This document shows, one piece after another, positions 31,790-42,884 of a DNA stretch of 64,000 nucleotides. The DNA is from Candidatus Poribacteria bacterium (GTDB taxonomy: Bacteria > Poribacteria > WGA-4E > WGA-3G), in the NCBI GenBank assembly GCA_965205025.1, contig CBDBFU010000024.1, forward strand, positions 10,008 through 74,007. Reading direction: 5' to 3'. The translations under genes were made by a program, and so were the position numbers. A model generated the notes under the pieces. It did not search any database, had not been told where the DNA came from, and worked only from the letters and a program-made list of their open reading frames with translations. Every line of letters begins with the position of its first letter. Within the stretch, counting starts at the first letter, position 1.

Positions 31790-31935
31790 TAACGTGAGTT
31801 TGATAAGACACATTGTAACCCGAACTTTTAGTTAACACCAGAGTGCACAAACTGGAAAGTTTGTGCTACAAAGACTATCTTCAGTACAAAATTCTGTTTA
31901 TCGAACTGACGATTTTTATTATCAAACTGGCGTTA
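31790..31935. mobile_element. MITE type B, 146 bp
   Basis: TAACGTGAGTTTGATAA...TTATCAAACTGGCGTTA; near-identical to 48658..48803. Confidence 0.85.
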
Positions 31936-31950
31936 TTTAAGGAGCAGTTC

Positions 31951-33195
31951 TTGAAGACACAATTATATGCAGGTGCTGCAGAAACAAAGATCACATCCAT
32001 CAAAGACAATCCAGATGTATATGCGGAATTATACGCACGTGCATTGGTGTTTTCAGACAATAGCATACAACTTGCTATTGTTACTGTTGACTTTGGACAA
32101 TTTCCCTTGCGATATAATCAAGTTCTCTTGGATGCCATTGAACAAGTAACCAATATTCCTTCTGAACACATAATTATCAACTGCAGTCATACCCACAATG
32201 CTCCGGGTGTTGATGGCAGATGGATTAGTGAAGAATCTGAGGTATGGTTATTGTTTTGCCTTGCTGAACTGGTGAAAAAGGCAGTGGATTCTCTTGAACC
32301 TGCGACATTATGTGTCGGACGCGCACCGGTACAAATTGGTTACAACAGACGATTGATGCGAGATGATGGCTACATTACAATGACACCTAATCCAGATGGT
32401 GCTGTTGTGCCGTGGGTTGATGTATTGGGAGTTTACGATTCATTTGGAGGAATCATAGCGGTTCTCTTCTCACATGCAGCCCATCCAGTGATTGTCCATT
32501 GGTCGAGTGAGGAGATCGGAGCAGATTTCCCTGGATATGCAGTTGAGCATCTTAGCAACTTTTTGGATCTAAAGGGAGATAGTGTCTTGTTGTTCGCACA
32601 AGGGTGTGCTGCAAACATCAATGGTTACCCTTTACGAGGTGGGTTTGAGGCGTGTGATGTTGCTGGGTTTTCACTTGCCTTTGCTACGCACCAAGCATTG
32701 AAGACTGCAGAAGCAATACCAGCAGCTTCGTTAAAGGTACAATCCGTCATGGTGAATTTGCCCTTCCAAGATCCACCATCTATAGCAGAGTGTGAGCAAC
32801 TCATAGAAGAATATCCGGACGATAATCGATATGTAGCATTATTAGAAGTAGCTAAAAGTGATGAGAAACAGACACTTCCCTTCCCGATGAGTGCATTTGC
32901 TATCGGCGAATCATTCTGCATTCTGTCTGTATCCCACGAACTCTTCGCAGAGTATCAACTTTTCGTAGACGAGAGTTCTCCGTTCGCGCATACTTTCATG
33001 TTTGGTTATACGAATGGAAGTGAAGTTTATATCGCTACAAAAAAGGATTATGAACTTGGGTTAAAGGGTGGTTATGAAGCAGGTCCACGTAATCACGCAT
33101 TAGGTGGACCTTATAGGTTGGCGTTACATCCATCAGTAGAAGCACAGATACGATCAGAAATTACTGACCTATTAGGTGAATTGATTAACTCATAA
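31951..33195 (+). CDS. Neutral/alkaline ceramidase-like hydrolase
   Basis: LYARALV, NCSHTHNAP, HAAHPV, ADFPG, QGCAANIN, GGYE; AAGGAG RBS before TTG 31951. Confidence 0.75.
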   Translation: MKTQLYAGAAETKITSIKDNPDVYAELYARALVFSDNSIQLAIVTVDFGQFPLRYNQVLLDAIEQVTNIPSEHIIINCSHTHNAPGVDGRWISEESEVWLLFCLAELVKKAVDSLEPATLCVGRAPVQIGYNRRLMRDDGYITMTPNPDGAVVPWVDVLGVYDSFGGIIAVLFSHAAHPVIVHWSSEEIGADFPGYAVEHLSNFLDLKGDSVLLFAQGCAANINGYPLRGGFEACDVAGFSLAFATHQALKTAEAIPAASLKVQSVMVNLPFQDPPSIAECEQLIEEYPDDNRYVALLEVAKSDEKQTLPFPMSAFAIGESFCILSVSHELFAEYQLFVDESSPFAHTFMFGYTNGSEVYIATKKDYELGLKGGYEAGPRNHALGGPYRLALHPSVEAQIRSEITDLLGELINS

Positions 33196-33361
33196 ACGGT
33201 ATTCCCATCCTACCAGCATCACAGTTTAATTTTCAATAGGATTCCTACCATAGTCTCATATCATTCCAATTCGTACGTGTAAGAATTAAGGTGTTTAGTA
33301 GTAAAATCTACTCTAATACAGTCAAATTGACAATGGAACGATGAAATGATGTCAAATCAAA

Positions 33362-34120
33362 TTAAAAATAAGCCTCTAATTTTGCCCGTGCGTTTAAGAC
33401 TCCTTGAATTATTGGATGAGGGGTATCCACTTTCAACCCCAGATAAATCAACATTATTTCATCAGTGTAATCGACCCGTTCTATTTCCTTACATATTGCT
33501 GGAAAATCCATTTCTGGACCCCAGAATGGTTCACTACCTGTCTTGGAATCCACTCCACAGTTGAAATAGACACTTGAAAGCCTTTCGGATAATGTTTGTA
33601 AGGCTGCTACAGGATCGTCTCCAGCACGGTGAAAGTGGTATGGACTGTAGTAAAAAGTAAAACTATCTGATGGTACGGCATCAAGGAGTTGCTTTGTTCG
33701 TTCAAGGTTGTAAGCTAAACTTCCCTCATGTGCATAGAGTGCAAGGGTTAGGTTTCGATTCTCTGCCTCTTTAGTAATAGTCTTGAGAAGATCAATAATT
33801 GTCTCAATTTCCCCAACGGTAGCATCTTCTTTACCACCACTGGCTATGCTAACAATCGGAATTGCAAGTCTTTGGGCAGTGTCAAGGATTGAGATTAATG
33901 ATTCAAGACCATCTGGGGCATCGACAGCTACTGTGCTTAGTAATGACTTGAATTTTGCACCAGTTTTCTCATGAAGTTGGGTGAGAGTATCCGCTTCTAA
34001 GTCCGAATAATGTGTTTGGGATAGTTCAATGGCAGTGATGCCACCATTGGATAACTCTCCGACAAACTCTGATAATGGGTAGGGGGAAAATGGGAGTGTG
34101 CTTGCACAATATGTTCTCAT
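33362..34120 (-). CDS. Sugar phosphate isomerase/epimerase (xylose isomerase-like TIM barrel)
   Basis: AIEL, A..L....V, LALYAH, SPYHF, GPEMDF layout; the metal ligands appear degenerate. Confidence 0.7.
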   Translation of the reverse strand: MRTYCASTLPFSPYPLSEFVGELSNGGITAIELSQTHYSDLEADTLTQLHEKTGAKFKSLLSTVAVDAPDGLESLISILDTAQRLAIPIVSIASGGKEDATVGEIETIIDLLKTITKEAENRNLTLALYAHEGSLAYNLERTKQLLDAVPSDSFTFYYSPYHFHRAGDDPVAALQTLSERLSSVYFNCGVDSKTGSEPFWGPEMDFPAICKEIERVDYTDEIMLIYLGLKVDTPHPIIQGVLNARAKLEAYF

Positions 34121-34471
34121 AATCTACTCCGATGAAAAAGGAACTATGAGGATGGATCTAAAGGATACATTAGAAAAGTATGTTATGCAACTCAAAAATA
34201 GTGGACGAACACTTGAAAAAGTTGCCACTATCTGTCATAAAATCATTATGAAACTTTATGATACCTACTTTCCCGGAGTAGAAACACTTCGATTGGGACC
34301 CCGCCTCTGCCCAGATAGCAACATTATTATGGTCGCATAGCTTCTCGAACTCATAGGAAAAGACAGCGAACTCGCAGGATACAAACTTGTGAAGGCACAG
34401 ATTTCACATAGTTAACTGACACAAGTCGTTACTACGTTACTAATTGTATATTCAGTATTTTTTTAGGATTA

Positions 34472-34517
34472 TGCACCCTTTTTCTTCTGTTTTTTGTCAT
34501 TATATATTAAAGAGACA
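34472..34517 (+). promoter_or_regulatory. Putative ECF-sigma promoter TGCACCC-N17-GTCAT
   Basis: Upstream of the ECF gene. The same motif and spacing occur at 46891, and a variant at 56867. Confidence 0.45.
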
Positions 34518-34578
34518 TACGAATTAGCAGATAATAGAATTTTCTACATAAAATCACATAGTTTAGTCCTGGAGATGT

Positions 34579-37473
34579 ATGATGTCAGATAATAACCTTC
34601 AACTTATTCAACAGATATTAGACGGGAAAGAAGAAGCATTCAGTACTTTAATTAAAAAATATCAGAAAAGAGTGCATGCACTGGCTTGGCGTAAATTAGG
34701 AGATTATCATCTTGCAGAGGATATTACACAGGACACCTTTATTCAAGTGTATCAAAACCTTTCCACGCTAAAAAATCACAATCAGTTTGATGGTTGGCTT
34801 TATGTGATTGTCAATAGATTATGTATCAATTGGATAAATAAGCGGAGAGTGACAATGCAGTCAATTGAGGATACACCTGTTGAGGATTTAGAAGAATCAT
34901 ACTATAAAAATTATGAATTGGAACAACGAAAAGTTGAGACGATCAAACACTATAGTGATTTAGTGAAGGAACTACTTGAAAAACTACCAGAAAGTGAACG
35001 GACTGTAATGAGTTTGTACTATCTTGGAGAAATGACAGCGAAAGAAATAAGTAAGTTCTTAGGAGTTTCTGTTAATACAATTAAGAGTAGACTTCGCCGT
35101 GCAAGAAATCGTTTGAAACAGGAAGAAGCAATGATACGGGAAGCTATGACTCATTTTCAAATCTCACCAACTATTTCAGAAAATGTCTTACAGGAGGTAT
35201 CCAGACTTCAACCCACTCCACCCTCAGGTAGTAAACCCTTTATCCCATGGGTATTTGGTACCGCTACAGCTGCATTAATTTTACTATTGCTGGGAACAGG
35301 TAGTCAATATTTCACGCGTTTTCAAAGACCCTATAGTTTAGATGCTCAATCTGAAATGTCAGTGGAAATTGTTGATTCTGCTATAATACAAGATATTGAA
35401 AAGAAATTAGATCTCCGGAATCAGAAAGGGGAGTTATCCGATACTATTGGTAAAGAGAATAATCCCGGTGAGAAAATAAATCAGGCATCGGAAGACAATG
35501 GTGGTAAATCTGACAATAACATATTTGAGACTATTGTGCATGAATCTCCACAAGTCCATCTTCCTGAAGGTGCGAAACTAAGACTGGGAAAAGGTAAAAT
35601 TCGTCAGGTTGCCTATTCATCTGATGGCACTAAAGTTGCAGTCGCAACTCGAATTGGACTCTGGTTATATGATGTAAAGAATAGTAATAAAACATCATTC
35701 TTATTACCTCATAAATGCAGTATAGAAAGTATAGCATTCAGTCCTAATGGAAAGATCTTAGCAACAGGAAGTAATGATAATCTGGTACGCTTATGGGATG
35801 TATCTACAGGCAAACAAGTGAAAACGTTGATAGGACATAGAAGAGAAATCTCTTCTGTAGTATTTAGTTCGAATGGAAATAAACTTGTAAGTGCAAGCCC
35901 CGGTGAAATTAGTATATGGGATGTTGCGACAGGTACACACATACAAACAATTGAGCGATTTACAGGACATACATCAGATATCTCATTTATTGATAATAGC
36001 TTAATTCTTGCAGAATTACCTATTGATGAAAAAGGAAAGATCGTCAAACTTACTGAACTTATTACAGGAAAACCCTTATGGTCATCAAAGAAATTCCAAA
36101 AGCATTTTAAAAAGGTTACTATTAGTCCAGATGGCAAAAGCATCGCAGGAGCAAACATACAGGAAATGGTATACTTATGGGATATAAATACAGGTGAGCA
36201 GACAAAAACTTTTCGTGGACATACAGCAGTTGTAGATAGTTTAGCTTTTAGTCCGGATGGATCTACCCTTGCTACAGGAAGTTGGGACGATACCATAGGT
36301 ATATGGGATGTTAAATCAGGAAGACATATAAAGACACTATCTGGACACAACTCATCAGTTTATCATTTGTCTTTCGGTCCGGACGATCGCACACTTGTTA
36401 GTGGGAGTACAGATGGAACTGTTCGAATCTGGGATGTTGATACTGGTACACATAAGACTATAGGAACAGGACATATTCAAAGTGTCTATAATATCTGGTT
36501 TAGTCCAGATGGAAAAACTCTTGTAAGTGAGAGTTTCGGAGAAACCCTCTTGTGGGATGTCAAGACAGGAGAACACAAGAGAACACTTAAAGGACATAGT
36601 AAACGTATCATTTGTTTTTCGTTTAATCCAGATGGAAAATCGTATGCTACTGGTAGTGAAGATAAGACAATACGTATATGGGATGCTATTTCAGGAAACA
36701 CTAAGAGAATACTAAGAGGACATACTGGGTCAATTTACAGGATATCGTATAGTCCAGATGGTAAGACAATTGCTACTGGTAGTGCAGATAAAACGGTACG
36801 ACTATGGGATACAATGACGGGTTCACTTAGACATACACTCACAGGACATACGGACTTTCTTAATAGGGGTCTTGCCTTTAGTCCAAATGGGAAAATACTT
36901 GCCAGTATTAGCCAGAACGAAGTTATTCGATTATGGGATACTGTAACTGGAATACACCTGAAATCCCTTATAGGACATAAGACGAATATTACACACATTT
37001 CATTCAGTCCGGACGGTAAGATTCTTGCAAGTGCGGGTGAAAAGGATGAAAGAAACGTTCGTTTGTGGGATGTCTCCAGTGGTAAATCTAAAGAAATAAA
37101 TATGGGGGACATCTTTAAAACATATAAAGTCATGTTTAGTCCTGATGGAAAGACATTGGTGAGTTCGACTGTGACACATGAAATCCAATTATGGGATACC
37201 GATACAATGAAACTGAAGAAGACACTAACAGGACATTCTGATTCTGTTTCTGACATTTCATTCAGTCCGAATGGAAAATACCTTTCAAGTGCGAGTTCTG
37301 ATAAAACAGTCAGATTGTGGGATGTTAATTCTGGAGAACTTATGAAGATATTTAAGGGACATACATCTTTCGGCATGCATGTCTTGTTTAGTCCAGATGG
37401 ACAAACTCTCGCAAGTGCAAGTTGGGATGGGACAGTGTTGCTTTGGGATATATTCACAATCAATCCAAAATAA
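34579..37473 (+). CDS. ECF sigma-70 factor fused through a TM helix to WD40 repeats
   Basis: AEDITQDTF, FDGWLYVI..R.C (region 2); LPESERTV.SLYY...EIS.FLGVSVNTIKSRLRRAR (region 4); TM segment; many GH...WD repeats. Confidence 0.9.
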   Translation: MMSDNNLQLIQQILDGKEEAFSTLIKKYQKRVHALAWRKLGDYHLAEDITQDTFIQVYQNLSTLKNHNQFDGWLYVIVNRLCINWINKRRVTMQSIEDTPVEDLEESYYKNYELEQRKVETIKHYSDLVKELLEKLPESERTVMSLYYLGEMTAKEISKFLGVSVNTIKSRLRRARNRLKQEEAMIREAMTHFQISPTISENVLQEVSRLQPTPPSGSKPFIPWVFGTATAALILLLLGTGSQYFTRFQRPYSLDAQSEMSVEIVDSAIIQDIEKKLDLRNQKGELSDTIGKENNPGEKINQASEDNGGKSDNNIFETIVHESPQVHLPEGAKLRLGKGKIRQVAYSSDGTKVAVATRIGLWLYDVKNSNKTSFLLPHKCSIESIAFSPNGKILATGSNDNLVRLWDVSTGKQVKTLIGHRREISSVVFSSNGNKLVSASPGEISIWDVATGTHIQTIERFTGHTSDISFIDNSLILAELPIDEKGKIVKLTELITGKPLWSSKKFQKHFKKVTISPDGKSIAGANIQEMVYLWDINTGEQTKTFRGHTAVVDSLAFSPDGSTLATGSWDDTIGIWDVKSGRHIKTLSGHNSSVYHLSFGPDDRTLVSGSTDGTVRIWDVDTGTHKTIGTGHIQSVYNIWFSPDGKTLVSESFGETLLWDVKTGEHKRTLKGHSKRIICFSFNPDGKSYATGSEDKTIRIWDAISGNTKRILRGHTGSIYRISYSPDGKTIATGSADKTVRLWDTMTGSLRHTLTGHTDFLNRGLAFSPNGKILASISQNEVIRLWDTVTGIHLKSLIGHKTNITHISFSPDGKILASAGEKDERNVRLWDVSSGKSKEINMGDIFKTYKVMFSPDGKTLVSSTVTHEIQLWDTDTMKLKKTLTGHSDSVSDISFSPNGKYLSSASSDKTVRLWDVNSGELMKIFKGHTSFGMHVLFSPDGQTLASASWDGTVLLWDIFTINPK

Positions 37474-37554
37474 CGGTTTTGGTGTAAATAATATAGTCAA
37501 ATTGTTATTCTGTAGGAATAGATGCAATGTTGATAATGTAATAGGGGTTTACAA

Positions 37555-39846
37555 ATGATAAAAACAGTAATTTCTATGATTAGTATGTTACTTCTTGTTT
37601 CTCAAATCGGTATACGTAATTTATATGCTCAAGACTATACACAATGGGAATTACCGGATGGTGCCATTGCCCGTCTTGGTAAGGGAAGAATCAATGATAT
37701 GCAATATTCCCCAAATGGATCAATTCTGGCAGTTGTTACTACGATTGGTATTTGGATATATGATACCGAAACATATAAGGAACAAACGTTGCTACCTATG
37801 AGAAATCGTTATTTAGAGGAGAAGTTATATTTTAATCATGATGGTACTGTTCTTGCTGTTATGGAAATACCGGGAAATAGAATTACATATTGGGATGTTG
37901 CTGTACCGAGAATCAAAAAAACGTCAAGAAAAGGGAATTATTTTCCTCGGCTTTCGACATTCAGTTCAGACGGAAACACCTATGTAACTATAAGTTTCAA
38001 GGATATTCATGTATGGGATTCAGAGACAAACACTTCCAAACATATACTCAAAGGACATGAAGACTATATTGGTTGTTTGTCTTATAGTCCAGATAGCAAA
38101 ATCATCGCAAGTGGGAGTAAGGATCAGACGATTCGCCTGTGGGATGTTAAGACTGGGATGCATATACGTACTCTCACAGGGCATGAGAGTGATATCACCA
38201 AACTTTCATTCAGTCCGGATGGAAGCACTTTAATTAGTGTTTGCAGTGATATGACGATTAATTTTTGGGATATTACCTCAGGCGAACTAAAACTACCACA
38301 GGCAATTCAAGGGGAGCTTACCGGTAAGATAGAACCAAAAGAAAAAATAAAAGGAACTTTCTTTAGTCCAGATAAGAATATACTGGTTACCGCAGGCGAG
38401 TTCAGAACGATTCACTTGTGGGATACAACGAACGGTATACATAAACACACTTTCTACGATAATATTCAAGAAAACAAGAAAACTGGAAACGTAAAATGGG
38501 TAGAAAATGTCCTGTTTAGTCCAGATGAAAAATTAGTTCTTAGTTTGGTGAATGATCATGAAATTCGACTATGGGATATTGTATCAGGTAAACGTATACC
38601 TTTCACTGGATATACCGGATACCTTAAAAATGCATCTTTTAGTCCAGATGGAAAGACACTGGCAACTGGGAATTATTCAGGCGTCATTCAAATTTGGGAT
38701 ATTGAGAGCGGTAAAAACATTAAGACTGTTCCAAATATCAGAATAATGTCCAGTCTTCATTCTTATAAAGAATATAATACCTATAATATGACTTTCGCTC
38801 AGAACGGAGAGAAATTCATTACTACAGAACGTGACGGAACAATATATCTATGGGATAACGTTAAGAAACAGTTTGGTACGTTCAGAGAACAAAAGGGTAG
38901 CAAAGTTATACCCCTTAACAGTGTGTTGACGAATCCTGATGGACATACTATCGCAACTTGGAGCAAGAGTGAAGATAAGACAATTCAACTGTGGAATGCT
39001 GTTACTGGTAAACACAAACGGACATTAAAAGGCTATAAAGGAGGGAATAAGCGTGTTGTATTCAGTATGGATGGCAGGACACTCGCGAGTTGGAGTTCAT
39101 ACAAAGATACAACGATTCGTTTGTGGAATGTTGCTACAGGAAGACATAAGAAAACACTGAAGGGTCATAAGAGTATAATAGAAAGTGTGACTTTTAGTCC
39201 AGATGGCAACACACTTGTCAGTGGTGGAATAGATGGTACGATACTATTGTGGGATGTTAATACAGGCAAACAGAAAAAGACTCTCATTGATAGAGGATCA
39301 AATAATAAGTCTGGTATACAGTCAGGTTGGATAATGGTATTAGAGTTTAATTCAGATGGTGAGATTTTGGCTACAGGAGATATTAACGGAATCATCCATC
39401 TCTGGGATGTATCTTCATGGAAGAAGGAGCGGACACTAAAAGGTCATGTCAATACTATTACCAGTATAATTTTTAGTCCTGATGGTCATTCCCTTGTAAG
39501 TACAAGCAAAGATGGAACTGCCAAACTGTGGGATGTTGACACTGGTAAGGAAAAACAAACCTTATCTGGATATGAAGGAACAACCTGGTATGTGTTTTTC
39601 TACCCTAATGGTTTACCGTTAGCATGTGCGGTTAATAAAAACCCCGGGGGTAGGTATGAGAAAATTTTACATCTCCGGGATTTACGAAATGGAGAAGTGA
39701 AAAAAACGCTTTCAGGTCATTCATCATGGATTACAAGTATATCTTTTAGTGGTGATGGGAATACACTTGCAAGTGCAAGTATTTTTGATGATACAGTGCT
39801 TTTGTGGGATCTAACATCTATAATTCAAGAATTCGATGTTAAATAA
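37555..39846 (+). CDS. Secreted WD40-repeat protein
   Basis: Signal peptide, LPDGAIARLGKG, repeated FSPDG..LA...LWD. Confidence 0.9.
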   Translation: MIKTVISMISMLLLVSQIGIRNLYAQDYTQWELPDGAIARLGKGRINDMQYSPNGSILAVVTTIGIWIYDTETYKEQTLLPMRNRYLEEKLYFNHDGTVLAVMEIPGNRITYWDVAVPRIKKTSRKGNYFPRLSTFSSDGNTYVTISFKDIHVWDSETNTSKHILKGHEDYIGCLSYSPDSKIIASGSKDQTIRLWDVKTGMHIRTLTGHESDITKLSFSPDGSTLISVCSDMTINFWDITSGELKLPQAIQGELTGKIEPKEKIKGTFFSPDKNILVTAGEFRTIHLWDTTNGIHKHTFYDNIQENKKTGNVKWVENVLFSPDEKLVLSLVNDHEIRLWDIVSGKRIPFTGYTGYLKNASFSPDGKTLATGNYSGVIQIWDIESGKNIKTVPNIRIMSSLHSYKEYNTYNMTFAQNGEKFITTERDGTIYLWDNVKKQFGTFREQKGSKVIPLNSVLTNPDGHTIATWSKSEDKTIQLWNAVTGKHKRTLKGYKGGNKRVVFSMDGRTLASWSSYKDTTIRLWNVATGRHKKTLKGHKSIIESVTFSPDGNTLVSGGIDGTILLWDVNTGKQKKTLIDRGSNNKSGIQSGWIMVLEFNSDGEILATGDINGIIHLWDVSSWKKERTLKGHVNTITSIIFSPDGHSLVSTSKDGTAKLWDVDTGKEKQTLSGYEGTTWYVFFYPNGLPLACAVNKNPGGRYEKILHLRDLRNGEVKKTLSGHSSWITSISFSGDGNTLASASIFDDTVLLWDLTSIIQEFDVK

Positions 39847-39976
39847 TACCATTTCTATAAATGATTCTCCCATGATTAGGTGATATTTATGTCTTGAGAT
39901 ACTACACAAACTGGAAGTTTGTGCTACATTAAAGAGATTTAATTAATGTGACTTTAATTACCAGAAATGGTATTAG
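39844..39976 (+). mobile_element. MITE type A
   Basis: TAATACCATTTCT...AGAAATGGTATTAG with REP ACACAAACTGGAAGTTTGTGCTAC. Confidence 0.8.
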
Positions 39977-39998
39977 ATGTATATATATTGTGAATGAT

Positions 39999-40230
39999 AA
40001 ATGTGTTAATATTTATTGTTCTGATATGATAGGACTTTCACGGAAACCTTCACGGAGCAATTCTACGAACCCTTGTTCTATAAGGGTTTATAATTTTAAC
40101 TATACCAATTTTCCGTGAATCACATTCGTTAAATGTTATATAACTTATTTATGTGTTGGCACATAGCACTCCGCTGGAGTGCCAGACTGTTCCATTATGT
40201 TTTCTATAGACATAGTACTCCGCTGGAGTA
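39999..40230. repeat. Repeat type C copy 2 followed by a REP doublet
   Basis: Same order and similar sequence as 12303..12567. Confidence 0.85.
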
Positions 40231-40377
40231 CGGTATTTTAGATTTACAAAACTAAAAAAAAAATAGAGTTATCATTAAATTTACACACCGTTTAGAAAGT
40301 AAGGATTAGACCTAATAGAGAATTAACGATATAATCATTCTTAGAAATGATGTTGATTCTATTAAGGACGATATGAG

Positions 40378-42497
40378 ATGAAAAAAGTACTGATTGTCAT
40401 AATTTTGCTTATATGTATTGTAGGCACTATTTGGTTATTTCTCTATCCTTCAAAGCCAGATCTACTTGATGTAAATACTGCACAATTGAATACTCTGCAG
40501 TGGCACTTACCAGATGGAGTGAAAGCACGTATTGGAAAAGGGTACGTAAGAGATTTGGCGTATTCTCCAGACAGTACTATACTCGCTGTTGCGAGTTCTA
40601 CAGGAACTTGGCTCTATGATACGAATAGTGGAAATGAAGTTGCACTTCTAACAAAGAACAGAGAAGGCACGAATTCTGTTGGATTCAGTCCTGACGGAAA
40701 AACACTTGCCACCGCATGTGGAAATAAATTGGTTCGTGTATGGAATGTTGAAACCCGTAAACTGATGCACACTTTTTTGGGACATAGGAGAGATATAATT
40801 GGTGTCCATTTTAGTTCTGATGGGACTACATTGACAGGTTGGAGTGATTACGGCATGCGTATTTGGGATATAGAAAAAAGTGTGTTTAAACAGGATATGA
40901 ATATGCATTTAGAACGCCACTCTGATATCACATTCCATTCAGATAGGATATCGATAGTTAGTGGAAATTACAAGACAATCCGATATCATGATTTTGGTAC
41001 TGAAACGAAGAAGGAGAAAAATGATGAACATGAAATAAATGATGCACATAAAGAGAGTATCAAATGTGTCTCATTCAGTCCTGACGGGAAAATGATTGCC
41101 TCTGGAAGTAGGGATAAGACTGTACGTTTGGGAATGCTGAAACAGTAACATTACATAAGACCCTAAAAGGTCATAGGAAACCTATCTTGAGTTTAACCTT
41201 CAGTCATGATGGGAGAAGCATTGCAAGCACAAGTGAAGACAAAACAGTACGTGTTTGGAATGTTGACACTGGAAGACGGAAGCACACTTTCAAAACAAAT
41301 TCTAAATATCTGCATAGAATCGTCTTTAGTCCAAACGGAAAAACTTTGGCAAGTTCAAGTTGGGATGGAATTATTCATCAATGGGATCTAAGCAAAGGGA
41401 AACATAAGAATACTATTGTCGGACATGGTAGTGGTTTTGCTTCAAAGAATATAGTGTTCAGTAAAGATAAAATTACAGCTGCAACAACTTATGGAGATAA
41501 TCACATAATTCTCTATGATGTAAACACACAAGAGGTGCAGGTAGTCCTTACGGGACATAAGAAACGGGTGAATTGTCTATCTTTTGCTTCAAATGGAAAA
41601 ATGCTGGCAAGTGGAAGTCAAGATAAAACAATCCGGTTATGGGATGTTAATACAGGAGAACATAAAAAGACACTAAGAGGACATTCTGAACAAGTTTCAC
41701 ATGTGGTGTTCAAGGATGATGAAACACTTATCAGTAACGGTGATGACAAGATTGTTCGCGTATGGGATGTAAAAAAGGGTAGACAGAAATTTAGTTTTGA
41801 AGTAGGTGTATTTAGTCAGTATATAGTCTTCAGTCCAGATGGAAATGTCGTATTATCAAAGAAATATAAGGATAATCAATCGAATTCTCTTTATCTGTGG
41901 GATTTAGAGACAGGATCACATAGAATACTATCCAAACAGGTTAAATACACAATTCATTATCCTGCAAATATACCAATCAGTTCTGATGGGAGTATGCTCA
42001 CATATTGTACTGATTCAGAAATTGTTGTGTGGGATGTTACTACAAGCAAAGAGAAAAAGATAATTCCTCAAGAAACAAGCTTGTTTAGTTTTTTAGCCTT
42101 AGATTCAGATTCTAAAATGGTAGTGAAGACAGATATTGATGGAATAATAAAGTTATGGAATGTTGATACTGGGGATAAAATAAATGAACTAAAAAATCAG
42201 TATATAATAGGTGGATATGATAAAGATATTTTACGGCAGATCGTTCAGATAGCAATCAGTCCTGATGGCACAATCCTTGCAGGGGGTCGTGCTGATGGTG
42301 TAATCAATATCTGGGATATTACGACTGGGAAGCGAATTAAGACTTTTACGGGTCATGCTGGTCAGGTCACTTATCTAAAATTCAGTCCTGATGGAAAAAC
42401 ACTTGTGAGTTCTGGTAGTGATGGCACAACACTCCTATGGGATTTGTCAGAGTTATCTCCGAAAAACAATGATGAGAACACGCAGATGGTCAACTAA
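40378..42497 (+). pseudogene. Membrane-anchored WD40 protein split by a 1-nt frameshift at ~41130
   Basis: CGT TTG GG AAT GCT: one added T restores RLWNAET..HKTLKGH in frame with ORF 41187. Could be a sequencing error. Confidence 0.8.
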
Positions 42498-42519
42498 AAT
42501 AACCTAAGTTGTTCCTTAT

Positions 42520-42588
42520 GTAGCACTCCGCTGGAGTGCAGGACGTTGATATACCTTTTTCTATAGACATATCACCCCTCTGGGGTGA
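42520..42588. repeat. REP-like hairpin doublet
   Basis: GTAGCACTCCGCTGGAGTGC...CTATAGACATATCACCCCTCTGGGGTGA. Confidence 0.75.
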
Positions 42589-42708
42589 GGAAAGTGTCTG
42601 AAAAACTATGTTGAAACGATCAAAATCCGTTAGTAGCACCTTGGGTTATACTATATAAAAACGGTGTTTGCATGTATGAAAACTTATAGGTAGCAGCTTG
42701 AGTTAAAA

Positions 42709-42835
42709 TAATAACATTTCTAAAAATGATTCTCCCATGAATAGATGGTTTGAATGTCTTGAAATACCGCACAAAATGGAAGTTTATGCTACATTAAAAA
42801 GATATAAAAAGAGACTTTAATTATCAGAAATGGGT
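42709..42835 (+). mobile_element. MITE type A (degenerate)
   Basis: GATTCTCCCATG...GTCTTGAAATACCGCACAAAATGGAAGTTTATGCTAC...AGAAATGG. Confidence 0.7.
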
Positions 42836-42884
42836 GACATTGTCGGAACATGTTGTTATGGTGATAATAAAGAGGATATTACAA

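Noticed and set aside
31843-31950. N-terminal extension of the ceramidase-like ORF
   Set aside because: It lies inside a MITE; the RBS supports the TTG start at 31951.
34147-34415. Short ORF continuing past an in-frame TAG (possible readthrough)
   Set aside because: No recognisable family or recoding signal; more likely a gene remnant or spurious.
35709-37463. Long antisense ORFs opposite WD40 genes (also 44108..44596 and 2226..2735)
   Set aside because: Shadow frames of repetitive coding sequence.
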